The notes under the pieces were generated by a model that made no database searches, had not been told where the DNA came from, and was given only the letters and a program-made list of their open reading frames with translations. Below are positions 23,973-36,064 of a DNA stretch of 64,000 nucleotides, piece after piece; within the stretch, counting starts at the first letter, position 1; the number at the start of each line of letters is the position of its first letter. A program made the translations under genes and the position numbers. This stretch comes from Owenia fusiformis (taxonomy: Eukaryota). The DNA is taken from NCBI GenBank assembly GCA_903813345.2, contig CAIIXF020000001.1:42408001-42472000 (forward strand), in the 5' to 3' direction.

Positions 23973-26254
23973 CGAGGGTATATCATAAAGTTCTCATAAT
24001 ATCTCTCTTATTTTTTTTAATTTTCAATATATTCTGATGAATTTTTCACAGAATGTGTAGTATAGAATGCTGTATTAATCTATCAAAAAATATCGTGCAG
24101 GAATAGCCCCAATTAACCATGTTAAAATGCATAATAAGTAAATAAGCTATGAAACACATCAAATTGTTAAATACCATGATACGACGTCAGATACTGTACA
24201 TCGCGGCATTTTACTGCATTTTTACATGCGTACTTACTTTTAAAACCGCATTATCTCGACAGCAAAATTATATTTTTCTACAATTTTTCGTCATCAGTTG
24301 AACACGTAAGCCTATGTCCATGAAATATTTTGCCTATCAGAATTCCAAATAACTAATTTGGGACTTTTTAAATGAGAATCACGCAAGCCGTATTATGCGA
24401 CTTTCTATGCTAAAACCGGGTGTGGACTGTAACATTTTGAAGAAAAATGATTTTATTTTTAAACGAAAAATGAAGATAACTTTTTCATTTCTTAACCGAT
24501 CTTTCTCAAATTTTCACAATATTTTAATTCACCATTTTGGAAAAGACAAACAGATTCTGTGTGATGACGTCATAATATAACAATGCTAACTTAACGCTTA
24601 TATTTATGCAAAAAAGTGTGGACAGGCAGAATTTCGTACCAACAAGATATATATTTTGATCAATTAAACATTAAATCGTTTGAAAGGTGAATTATTCTTT
24701 TTTGATTCCTGAAAGGCATATCATATTCTATATTTTTACCAAAAAACTATATCATTTCGATTAAAATTCAGTCTGTAAGAAGTAAAAATTGAAAGAAATA
24801 TGAAGTGAAGCCATGTGAAAAATTCACAAAATTACGTTTCATATTTTGAGTTCAAATACTTCTAATTAAGGGATAAACATTCAAAACTTTCCAATGTTTC
24901 AGCATGTTCTTTTAAATATACTCCTTACTACATACAATTAATTTCAATTAATTTAAACAAGTATATATTGAGATAGACATCATTTTATCACCGCAACCCC
25001 AAGTGAAGCCTTTACAAAATAAGACGTTACGCCGTTAGCGTATTATATGTTCTCCTTTATTATTCATTGCTTTAAATAAATAAAACTAAATATTCGAGTT
25101 AAAATAAATTACAAATAATGCATTTAACAATCCTTAATATCTTCCCGTCTGTGTATATCAGTTGAATATGACAAGGGACATTGTGAAAGAGTCTAGAAAG
25201 ACGGTGCGACAACGAGAGCGCAGGGCCGAAAAGCGCGACAAAGAAGAAAACGGGTAGGGTTTGAAATGTCTACTTTCTGGTGATTCTAATTCTGTATATC
25301 GTGACATAACCTTCTTGAATATAGAATTGTATTGAAGCGCACATTAATCTGAACAAAACTTGAAGTTTTTAAGAAGATTCCACGAATATTAAAACTTTTG
25401 CAATTACTTGGAGGAGCATTGCGCATATTTATCGCGTAAATCTTTGCATTTTGTCGGTAAAATGAACAATTACAATGTTACGCCGTGATGTACAGTATCT
25501 GACGTCGTATCCATGTATTCTTGACTGTTTAAAACTATTATACTGGTCATGTGAATATTGTGTGATCTCATAATGGACGATTGTAATGCTTCATTAGAAA
25601 TGATGCTAGACACTACAAATGTTTTGGCAAATATTGCAAGGAAAGTCGATTTTCCGCTTTAGTTCATCTTAAATAAATAATAGACCACGCATAGAGTGTA
25701 ATTATGTTGATATCTTTGCAACATATTTGTTTTAGATCATCATTAGTATGAGCAAAGGATTTTTCGAACTAAACTAAACTTTTTATAAGTGTGAATATTA
25801 TTTTTCTGATGATCCCTGCATCTATGCATTATCTTACTCAGTCATTTCTGATCATTAAGCTTTGATTCTCAGAGTCTAGTATCACATCTAATGAAGCATG
25901 TAAGCATCCCCTATGACACCACACAATCCACAGGATCAATTTATTTTATAGTAAAACCATTTAACAACATATTGAAGTTAACATTTTAATGTGTTTGGTA
26001 ATTTATGAGAGTTTATTATTTATGTAAACAAGGTTAATTAAGCTCATTCTTTCAATTATTTTTATTTGCCCCGGGTGCCTTGATTTCCCGTTACTATGGC
26101 AACCATTACTTATCTAATATATCTGTTATACCAAATATTTTTTGATAGATTAATAAAGTATTCTATACTGCAGATTCTGTGAAAGTTTCATTAGAATATA
26201 TTGAAAAATAAAAAAATTAGAGAGATATTATGAGAACTTTATGATATACCCTCG
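23973..26254. mobile_element. Non-autonomous mariner-like element, 2.28 kb
   Basis: TA-CGAGGGTATATCATAAAGTTCTCATAATATCTCTCT ... AGAGAGATATTATGAGAACTTTATGATATACCCTCG-TA. Imperfect TIR of about 120 bp; no transposase ORF. Confidence 0.85.
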
Positions 26255-27642
26255 TATATGATTAAATAAAATAGTGGTGTCTGTAGACAGATCTCGAATT
26301 TATACACGACGCAATGTTCATCTTGCAGAGGTCAAGAGGCTTTTAACAACTACGTATAACAATTAAATTTACCATGTTTTGTTTTATTTGATTCATATTC
26401 AGTGTGTAATGTCATTTTCACCGGATTTGCTTGTTAATGAGAATGGTGCAAGCAAAGTTTGCGTTATTTGTTATAAGAAAGAGGTTCAAGATGTTTGATT
26501 TTGTCACAAGATGTTTAATTGGTTGCTTATGAAAACTGAGCACATGGGTATCAAAAATTGTTTTACGTGAAGATACAAGATACATTCCCTTTTTTAATTA
26601 AAAGCTGTTCATCATTTTTAGCTTATGCATGACTTGACTGTATACTTGATATTGTTCAAACATTAATCAGTTTGAGCAAATATGTGATCACGAAATCTGC
26701 AGTGACATACATTATGTTCTTGGTACCCGATAGTTTATTGACATAGAGCACAAAACGTGGTGAAGGTCATTCAGGTGCACGATTTTTTTACCACCAAGAA
26801 CTGTTATATAAAATTCAGGGCAATATATTATGTTAACAAATGGCAATGTGGAGACATCGATAATTGGGCAGTGATTTGTTGAATTTCTAGCATGATCCAG
26901 CAATGGATAGTGAAAAGATAGTGGAATCGTTGAGTTGCTCAAAAATAGTTGGTTAATCCGGTAGCCGACAGCTGAATGTTGCATTCACGTATATAAGCCG
27001 AGTTTATGTATGCCCTTATGTTCGGCCCTTGGCTATTATGTCACATTAGACCCAATGCGAATTGTTTATCTTATTAAACCGCACACTGGGTAACGACTCT
27101 TATGAAAGGTAAAGGGACCATGATCCAATTTTAGGAAAAATCTATTTATTTTGTATTGACTATGCGGTAAGTACATGTATCTTGAGAAGTGACTGGGTGC
27201 AATTAGTTTAGCTTTATGTGCTTTACTTGTAATAGGACATATACAGTTTAAAGTTTTATTTCTTTTATGTTTACTATTCGACTATTGAAAGAGTGAAGGG
27301 TATAATTAGTTCAGCTTTATTGCGCTGCATGTGACAGTTAATCGTCAAGGAGGACTGGGTGCCGTTATTCAAACACGATACTCAGTTGCCCGGCGTAGTA
27401 CCAACAAATAGTACTCATATTTTGAAGACTAGAACTGCCAAGGAAGCTTGAATACTACCATTATATTCCTAATGCCCATCTCTCAACGAAATACTTGGTC
27501 CAAAGAGAACTGGTTTTGGATAGCTTGCAAAGTGTACATTCTTTAAAAATAATAGAAAAATAATACACTCCTCTTTGTTATAGCTGGAAATTCTTTAAAA
27601 TATAATACAGTTCAATTCATTATATAGTGTTGCTTCCTAAAT

Positions 27643-29587
27643 CACAGGCTGGTATCGAAAAATTTGTCCGCTGTGACGGAGCGTGCTATTTTGCATAGAA
27701 TCACTAGGAAATCCACACAATTTATTTTTTACTCATATGTTTTGCTATATCAAAGGAAACTGACTCCATGCAATGGATATATCATTTGCGGGTAACTTTA
27801 AATTCTGTTTGAAGTCCAACAACGTTATGAGTAAAAGCTATTGAAAACGGCGTCGGAGTATCATACTCCAAAATGTACCATTTCTTTTATTTCTTTTTAA
27901 TGGTACAATATAGCGACACGATAATATTTACATATGTTTTCAGCATAACTCTGAAGGTATTAATGAGATCTTTATGTATTGGGTATTTTTATAATATAAT
28001 AATTAATTTTTTTGTCCGCTGTGACGGAGCAGTTTCAAATCTGAAATGCGTTAAGAATTTAGATTCATAATATATTTCTTTACAACTAAACTTTAGAGGA
28101 GCGAGCGTGTCAAATCTCTTTCGTAAAGTATTCTGAAAAATGAAACGTAATAAAAGTACACAATTCAAATTCTGAGATGTATATACGACCACTCTTTAAG
28201 CTTCTTTTCTCAGTTTGTACTGCAATCCAACGTATGCATGGTAACTCATGAAAATGATAGTCAACTTCCATTTCAGTAAAGGGTATTTGCCTTTCGTAGT
28301 GCCCTCTGTGGATCCATCGGCCTGACATCGTCATTTTTTACGGTAACTTAATTATTTGAAGTAAAATGATTTGCTTAAGATGAAGCTAAATACATATAAT
28401 GGTATGGACTGTGGATTGTTCTACCCTCTTTAGTCGTTCCAAAAGGTAAGTTGAATGTATCTTGAAATACGAAAATGCAAAATTTGATTTTAAGATCGTT
28501 CTTTATTTGACTAAGAGTTATGGCTATCTGATGCAACTACAGTAAAATATGTGTACAGTGAACACATATGGAGCCCAAAAATGTGTTCCCAGTTGGTATA
28601 GATGTTCACTCCATAGAGGCAATTTCATACAGAAGTCAGAGGAATATTTGATAAGAAGAGGTGTTCACTAGAGAAAGATATTCATTGATACAGGTTTTAC
28701 AGTGCAGCACGTTTACAAAGACTTTTTTATAATTTTAGTCTATGCAAAACGATTAATTTCATGAATTTCAAATAATTGCAAATAAAATCTGTATTGGGAT
28801 CATCTTATATACAGTAATATAATATTATGTGGTAAAAGGTTATACATCTGTTGGCATGCATGATGTCTGTGCGCTATTTCGAATAAGTAAATTCATATTA
28901 GCCCTATTTACACTACACGTGACATTTCAAGACGTCTAGGCGAAAAACGTATTAGAAATATTATGTTGAGTTTACATCATGTTGATTCATGTTGATTTCA
29001 GTACAAACCTCCGAAAAATACTAAGAGTGGTCGTTTTTATATCTCAGATTTACATTACCCCATATCTCCAAGAGGCTGCTTGTCATTATTTAGGAAAGTG
29101 ATTTGTGACGTTCTCTCTTCTAAGGTTTTTTTCAAAAGATATAATTTGAATCTTAAATTCTTAACGTAGTTCACAGTTAAAACTGCTCCGTCACAGCTGA
29201 CAAAAAATGTAAACATTATTTTTTATAAAAAATATTAAAAATACCCAATATATCAAGATATCATTAATACTTTCAGAGTTATGCTGAAAACATATGTAAA
29301 TATTATCGTGTCACTATATTGTACCATTAAAAAGAAATAAAACAAATGGTACATTTTGGAGTATGATACCCTGGCGCCGTTTTCAATAGCTTTTACTCTT
29401 AGCGTTGTTGGACTTCAAACAAAAGTTAAAATTACCCGCAAATGATATACCCATTGCATGGGGTAAGAAAATTTCTTTGGTATAGCGAAACATATGAGTA
29501 AAAAATAAATTGTGTGGGTTTCTTAGTGTTTCTATGCAAAATAGCACGCTCCGTCACAGCGGACAAATTTTTCGATACCAGCCTGTG
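27643..29587 (+). mobile_element. Family C non-autonomous element, CACAG ends, 5-bp TSD (Transib-like), copy 1
   Basis: CACAGGCTGGTATCGAAAA ... TTTTCGATACCAGCCTGTG, TIRs of about 400 bp, TSD TAAAT on both sides. A second copy starts at 57661. Confidence 0.9.
28540..28704. mobile_element. Small degenerate MITE (CAGTAAAA-type ends) inside family C copy 1
   Basis: TACAGTAAAATATGTGTACAGTGAAC ... ATTCATTGATACAGGTTTTACAGTG imperfect inverted ends. Lies in the segment absent from copy 2. Confidence 0.45.
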
Positions 29588-29803
29588 TAAATGGGGTTTA
29601 GCGTTAAATAATTAATTGCAGTCAATCCGGTAGACGCTGTTTGCATTCGCGAATACAAGTTAAATACTACGAATCAGATTTAATCTGCCTATTCTAACCA
29701 GCAACAAACATCGACAAACGATGTGCTCGGTATTGCAATTACCAAAGTACATTTGACACATGCAAATAGACGCAAACAAGTTACAATGATATAAAAATGA
29801 TCA

Positions 29804-30062
29804 CCCGCTATGGCTCAGTGGCAGGGAGAGTCAAGGTTACCAATATCGCTTGGCCCCGGGTTCGATTCCCGGTTCAGACAAGTTTGTTTGTGCGTTATGT
29901 AATTCTGGGTGTTTGACTGAGTGGTTCACGACTCGTATAAAAGGCTGTGGTGTGTACCTGTATGTCTGTGTACTTGTGCACATAAAAGAACACAGGGCTC
30001 CTCCAAGGAGGGGTTTCTGGCTCTATCTTCGAGTGTAAAATACGTAAAATACGTAAAATACG
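29804..30062 (+). mobile_element. tRNA-derived SINE, possibly with a Meta-type central domain
   Basis: A box TGGCTCAGTGG, B box GGTTCGATTCC, body AAAGGCTGTGGTGTGTAC...TGTCTGTG...GTGCACATAAAAGA, and a (GTAAAATAC)3 tail. Confidence 0.7.
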
Positions 30063-31414
30063 GAATATACCAATGAGGTAATCAGGTACATGTATATACT
30101 GACGTTCTGTTTTCTATAAAATATTGTGTCCTTTGAAGGTTAGATTTGTGTTATAATTATTTATCTGTTTTCCCCTAAGACAGTGAGATTAATTACAGTA
30201 CCCACTATATGTGTACGCATTGGAACAAAATTTAATAAGTGATTTATCTGGAATAGCGATGCGAAAAAGCGGGATAGCACCACGATCACAATATAACACC
30301 ATGATAACAACTTACAGAAGGGGAGTGTGATAAAAAAAAGTCACATAAACTGTGCTTTTGTCCAGTGTACCTCGGCATTTCTAGATGGATGTTTTATTAT
30401 CCCGTGCCAGGACTATAGTCCTGAGAACGTCTCAATCTTTTGCCTGTACGATTACAACATGGGAGAATTTTCTACGCTTCTTACACTTAAGATACCTACT
30501 TCAACACTGCGTGTAACTTTATCAGTTAAAAAATACTAGATGACCTAACATATTTTGCCATGCACTGCGCCTATTCATTTGGCAATTCAGTTGTAAATGT
30601 TCTCTTGAAAAAATAAATCTTCCAAATTTGTTGAGTTTTCTTGCAGAAATCGCCTAACCCCCCCCCCCTCCATCCATTTTGTACGATCACCGGACGTGAG
30701 AACCGGCCCGGCAAGGTGGTAATAATCTCATTTATTATTGGAACAACGAATCATTGTATCTATAACCAGTTGTAATTACAACAATGTTAATCATTATTCA
30801 AATTGAATGTCATAATCACAGTGGAAATTATTAAATTGCACCAATAACAGTGGCAATAAATCACATTCAAGCACTTGTTTTCAATGTGTGAAACAAAGAG
30901 CAAGGATATTAAGGATTTTTCCGATGTACTTAGTTGTACACAGATGTAAGTTATGTTTTATTGATTCAAAAACCCACACCGAAGAAGTATTTAGTAGAAA
31001 ATATTTGAAATGTTAGCTTTGTAAATCATAAAATAAGTAGTAGAATTCCACGTATCACGCAATGATTGTGTTTATATAATAACGTGACAGTTTCAAAACA
31101 GAGACATACGACATGATCTGAACTCTCCACACGAGGGGAAAGAGTACCCGTGTATATACAACCTACCGCCGAGCAAGACACGCATATACCGCCGAGCAAA
31201 TGTTTGATAATGTCATCTCGTAGGAAAATGGACAAATAAAGGTAATATAATGTCACTAACAATTCCTTTGGATGGTTAGAATTGTTACTAAGATGTTCTA
31301 GCAGGCGCAATTCGCCTAGAATTATAGTTGAAATATATTTTTATGTCCAAATTAAGAGATAAGGTAAACGTATAATGGTTTTCGATTTGTTTTTCTCATT
31401 CATACTCGCTTTAA

Positions 31415-32017
31415 AGGAATATTCCTTGCCAGACCCGTTCTCTCTTGATATGGTAGCTATAATCATATATATAGTTTCCATATTTAGCAAAACATGGGAA
31501 AATGTTTTAATATGGTCAATATTGATCATTTAAAAATCTAGTGCTTATTTCCAGTGAGCTGCCATCTTTTAAGATTTCTTGCAGGAAGTGATGTCATCAA
31601 CTCTCAACTTCTATAACCTTGCCCATAACAGTATTGGAAAGTAGCACAAAATCACTTCTAGACAAGTGATCATTACTTTCTGTGCAAAAATATTTTCAGG
31701 GCTTGTCAACTTAGAATAAAAGAAGAGATTTTCAGAAGGATTAAATAAGATACAAAGTTGAAAAAGAATATTTAGCTGGTTTTGTAATTCTTAATAGCTC
31801 CTCACCTAATGCTATATGCAAAGTTGAGAGTCGATGACATCACTTCCTGTGTGAAATTTTAAAAGATGGCAGCTTACTGGAATTGAGCATCACATTTCTA
31901 AGTGATAAAATTTGACCATATCAAAACATTTTTGCGTGTTTTGCTAAACATGGCAAGCATATAATATGGTTATAGCTACCATATGAGGAGAGAGATGGTT
32001 TGGCAAGGAATATTCCT
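31415..32017. mobile_element. Kolobok-type palindromic MITE, 603 bp
   Basis: TTAA-AGGAATATTCCTTGCCA ... TGGCAAGGAATATTCCT-TTAA with inverted arms of about 200 bp. Confidence 0.85.
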
Positions 32018-32388
32018 TTAATTGATAATGAGCCATACATAAGACATACTTGGGTCGGTAAATGGATGTACATATGCATAATATATTAAGTGTCAAAATA
32101 TTAGGTCAAAATAGCACTTTTGAACAGCAAAATCTTCACTTAAACTTTGTCCTAAAAGATCCGATGTTATCGGACATCAGACCCGATGTGATCGACGAGT
32201 AATATCATAAAGATCCGAAAATATCTTGAGTAAAGGATCTCAGAATCCGAACATTACTTGAGTAAAATCTGTTGAGATTCGATTATATCGTCGAGTTTAT
32301 GACGTGCTGATGAAAAAATAATAAACATACAATCTGCATCATTCATGTGAATCATTTTGTTGTGAACAATAAATGAAACTGAAAAAAT

Positions 32389-32682
32389 ATGGCTATCACC
32401 AGTTACCACTGCACATCGAAACATTGTATTTCAGGTCCTCGGTACAAATGCTTCCACTGTAGTTATAAATCACACGAGATGGATGACTTTGTGGTCCACT
32501 TCAGTCAGCACCATCCATTACTGAGTATTAAAGTTAATGTGTCTGAGTTAAATGGCAAAAAATGGATTTACAATGTTTTTGACTATGGTATTGTATTATC
32601 AAAGAAAGATCACGGTAATTTTCGTTTCGAGGATATGAAGCGTGTGAAGCTTGGGATTCTTCAAGTTGTGTTCTTTGAGTAA
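32389..32682 (+). CDS. Short ORF with one C2H2 zinc finger, probably a remnant of an element-encoded protein
   Basis: YKCFHC-x12-HFSQHH motif with an ATG start. Lies inside the 31129-34187 element. Confidence 0.45.
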   Translation: MAITSYHCTSKHCISGPRYKCFHCSYKSHEMDDFVVHFSQHHPLLSIKVNVSELNGKKWIYNVFDYGIVLSKKDHGNFRFEDMKRVKLGILQVVFFE

Positions 32683-33176
32683 AATGGCGCTTGCAATGCA
32701 GAATTAAATGTTTTTGGGTTGCACACTTACCATAGACACATAGGAAATTATGGTGATTCAAGTGTAAGCATGAATTCAATGTTTTAAGAACTTTGTCGGA
32801 AACAGACGTTGACGTATAGTGCTGCGGGAATTATATCATATTATATTTTATTCCATAGTTAGCATGATATTCATAGGATAACATGCGAAAATAAAAACGG
32901 TATTTTTGTAATCAGTGGTAAAATATGATATTTTTGACAAATTTTCACTTAACCATAGCATACGGTTTTTTAGCCATGACATACGACGTCGTATCTCATA
33001 CTTAAGTGGGTTTGGGGTAGATATCACTCGGGAATATATATCATATCTGAGGAGCGGGCAGGATATATTGTATATGTCCCGCTCCAGGCCAAATGCGGGC
33101 AGATATAATATATCCATCCCGCTCTCGGGAATTTTTCAAAAGTTTAAAAAAGATTAAAAAAGTATGAGATACACCA

Positions 33177-33317
33177 GTTATGCACGGTCGGTTTGGATAC
33201 ATGGAATATCCCTTGGGATATACAATACATCTTCCCTCGGTCCCTTCGGTCCCTCGGGAAGATATATTGTATATCCCTCGGGATATTCCCTGTATCCAAA
33301 TCCTCCCAGTGCATAAC
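33177..33317. repeat. ~140-bp hairpin palindrome
   Basis: GTTATGCAC...TTTGGATACATGGAATATCCC / GGGATATTCCCTGTATCCAAA...GTGCATAAC around a CCCTCGGTCCCTTCGGTCCCTCGGG centre. Confidence 0.85.
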
Positions 33318-33461
33318 CCCTATGTATGCGATGGTTTATGGATTTTTGCTACTTCAGACTCAAAACGAGGCTAAGTGTCAACATCGCCAGATCGTTTGGA
33401 AATTCGAATTAAAGAACTTAATTTCCGACGATTCTGATGATGACTTTAACTATGGAATAAA

Positions 33462-33608
33462 AAGAACATCCTATGATTTACTCGTGATATGATTTTAATC
33501 CACTCATGGATATTGATATCTGCACTCTCTCACTACGCTCGCTCGTGCAGATATCATATCCATTCGTGGATAAAAATCATATCACTCATAAGTCATAGGA
33601 TATCCTCT
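33462..33608. repeat. ~145-bp hairpin palindrome
   Basis: ATCCTATGATTTA...GTGATATGATTTT...GATATCTGCAC / GTGCAGATATC...AAAATCATATCAC...TAAGTCATAGGAT. Confidence 0.85.
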
Positions 33609-34501
33609 ATATATCCCGGTGCCAGGAGTATATGATAAATAAAAAGGAATATTTGTGATATCGTCATGATATTATATGCTCATTCGAAAGCTTACTCACT
33701 ACCTCATCGGGTTCTACTCACGGTATAGTCGGAATAGCTCGGTGGTAGATTCGGGTCCTATATAATCGTACTCGTGACATAATCGGGTCTTTCATTTTCA
33801 ACTTTCACCGGTGATTTCAATGATATGCAACGTATGGCAGTGCAATAAATATGATACATTTACACCTATTGTATCTTTGAATCGAATGAAGTAAAGACAG
33901 CCATGGTTGTTACTTATTCAAGATGTAAATCATCATTCAAATATTTAAAAGTTGAATTTAGCGATTGGATAGTAAACATTGCGCTAAGTACTCATTATTT
34001 TGCAAACATGAGTGCCTGGAACAATAACTTTATCAGTTACGCACATTTCTGTTTTTTATCTGTTTCTCATATTGAGAAATTCAAGATATAAACAAAAGTT
34101 TATAACTCACCCCCTACATTTTCAGACATCTTCGGGTCTTTGCTCGGCGGTAGGTTGTATATACACGGGTACTCTTTCCCCTCGTGTCTCCACAATGTTA
34201 ACTGCGGAAAATGAATTTCTAATTTATCTTTCCAGAGGGTGGGCCAAAAATGCGTACACAATATAGAATCTCAACCCCTAATATAATTTCATGGATTTAT
34301 TTGTTACTTGGCACAAGCAAAGATAGTAAGTTATCATTTAGTTTCATGTATTATTAGCATTGTCAACAGTTATTTAATAGTCATTTGAGGAGGTTTTCAA
34401 CAGGACCCCTTCTCTTGGACAATGAGCCTTAGCTGCATTCGCCATTGATCAATTGCTTCATTCAATGTCTCCTGACTGGGAGCATTCCATTCTCTCTTTA
34501 T

Positions 34502-36064
34502 CACCCTTGGTATACGCAGCTAACGAAAATTGACCGGTACGGGTCAAAAGCTGGACCGGTACGGGTTAACGGTTTTATTTGAATTTAAAACAGCCATAAC
34601 TTGCTCAATATTGACTTCCTCTTGTCTAATTTGAAATATATGATGCCTCCCGATGCTTTTAAGTACCCCAATTTTTTACAGATTTTTAAACGGACCAAAA
34701 CTCTCTAAATGCGCATTTATGCTCTTTTCTCTCGAGAACGACTGTCTCATTTTCACGATAACTTTTATTTAGTACTTCTAACATATAAGATCTATTTTTC
34801 CCCATCAAGGTATGATGTAAATGACATGCTATTTACATCTTGTGAGTTTCAATGACGCGCGTTTGATTTTATAAAAAATGCCAAACTTTGTGACAAAAAA
34901 TTTCATCAGCTATTGCCCCGAACCGGTCCGTCTTCTCACTGCAAGCAGATTGCCCCGAACCGGTCTGTCTTCTCGCTGCAAGCAGGATGAAATTCTTTGT
35001 CACAAAGTTTGGCATTTTTTATAAAATCAAACGCGCGTCATTAAAACTCACAAGATGTAAATAGCATGTCATTTACATCATACCTTGATGGGGAAAAATA
35101 GATCTTATATGTAGAAGTACTAAATAAAAGTTATCGTGAAAATGAGACAGTCGTTCTCGAGAGAAAAGAGCATAAATGCGCATTTAGAGAGTTTTGGTCC
35201 GTTTAAAAATCTGTAAAAAATTGGGGTACTTAAAAGCATCGGGAGGCATCATATATTTCAAATTAGACACGAGGAAGTTGAAACAGGGTTTAGGTTTTCA
35301 TATACATCAACTTTTGGTACAACTTCATTTTTATATCACATTGATTTAGGTTTTAAGATATATGTTATTGTTCTATACATTTGATGTACATCATTTCTAT
35401 TCTTTATTCTCCTTAAGTCCACTTGCACTCAATACGTGATATCATTCATAAATAACATTAAAATCTTGGCTCTTTTCATATTGTTATGTCTTTTCTATCA
35501 GGAGAGTTCCAATTCCCATAAAGGAGGATTTTTTAGTTCAGGATATTCTAGTGTATTACATAATCTACTTGGCTTTCTATTGGTTCAAATGTTGGTTCCT
35601 CATGGGAATCAACATTTGCCTCCATTTAAAGGAGGTTTAGGAGGTTCAGTAGATTTAATATGACATTAACTTTAATTTGTTCATTATTGGTTTATTTATT
35701 TGGTAATTATGGGAAATTATTATTCGCCTCCTTTTTGGAACCTTCCCTGTGGAACTTTCCATACTTTCTGTCTCTTCTTTAGTATCACCTTAGAAAATCA
35801 TCTTCAGAACAGTTTTTACTACGACACAACATACTGATTAAACTAAACTCAATGTAAAGATTGGATTTTGATAATGAAATAATAAACGTTTAGGACTTTA
35901 ACTTTAAGAATTTTATGTTACTTTATTCGAACCTAAAAAACTGTTTCAAAGTCAATATTGAGCAAGTTTTGGCTATTTTAAATTCAAATAAAACCGTTGA
36001 CCCGTACCGGTCCAGCTTTTGACCCGTGCCGGTCAATTTTCGTTAGCTGCGTATACCAAGGATG
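34502..36064. mobile_element. Family D non-autonomous element, CAC end, 5-bp TSD (Transib-like)
   Basis: CACCCTTGGTATACGCAGCTAACG ... CGTTAGCTGCGTATACCAAGGATG, TIR of about 110 bp, TSD TTTAT on both sides. Confidence 0.85.
34615..35277. repeat. Near-perfect ~660-bp palindromic (foldback) insertion inside the left TIR of family D
   Basis: CTTCCTCTTGTCTAATTTG ... CAAATTAGACACGAGGAAG with arms of about 290 bp. The spacer holds two ~37-bp direct repeats ATTGCCCCGAACCGGTC(C/T)GTCTTCTC(A/G)CTGCAAGCAG. Confidence 0.9.

Larger units (their letters stand above)
31129..34187. mobile_element. 3.06-kb TIR element, unclassified, 4-bp TSD
   Basis: Perfect ~46-bp TIR ACACGAGGGGAAAGAGTACCCGTGTATATACAACCTACCGCCGAGCAA with CTCC on both flanks. 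Confidence 0.85.
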
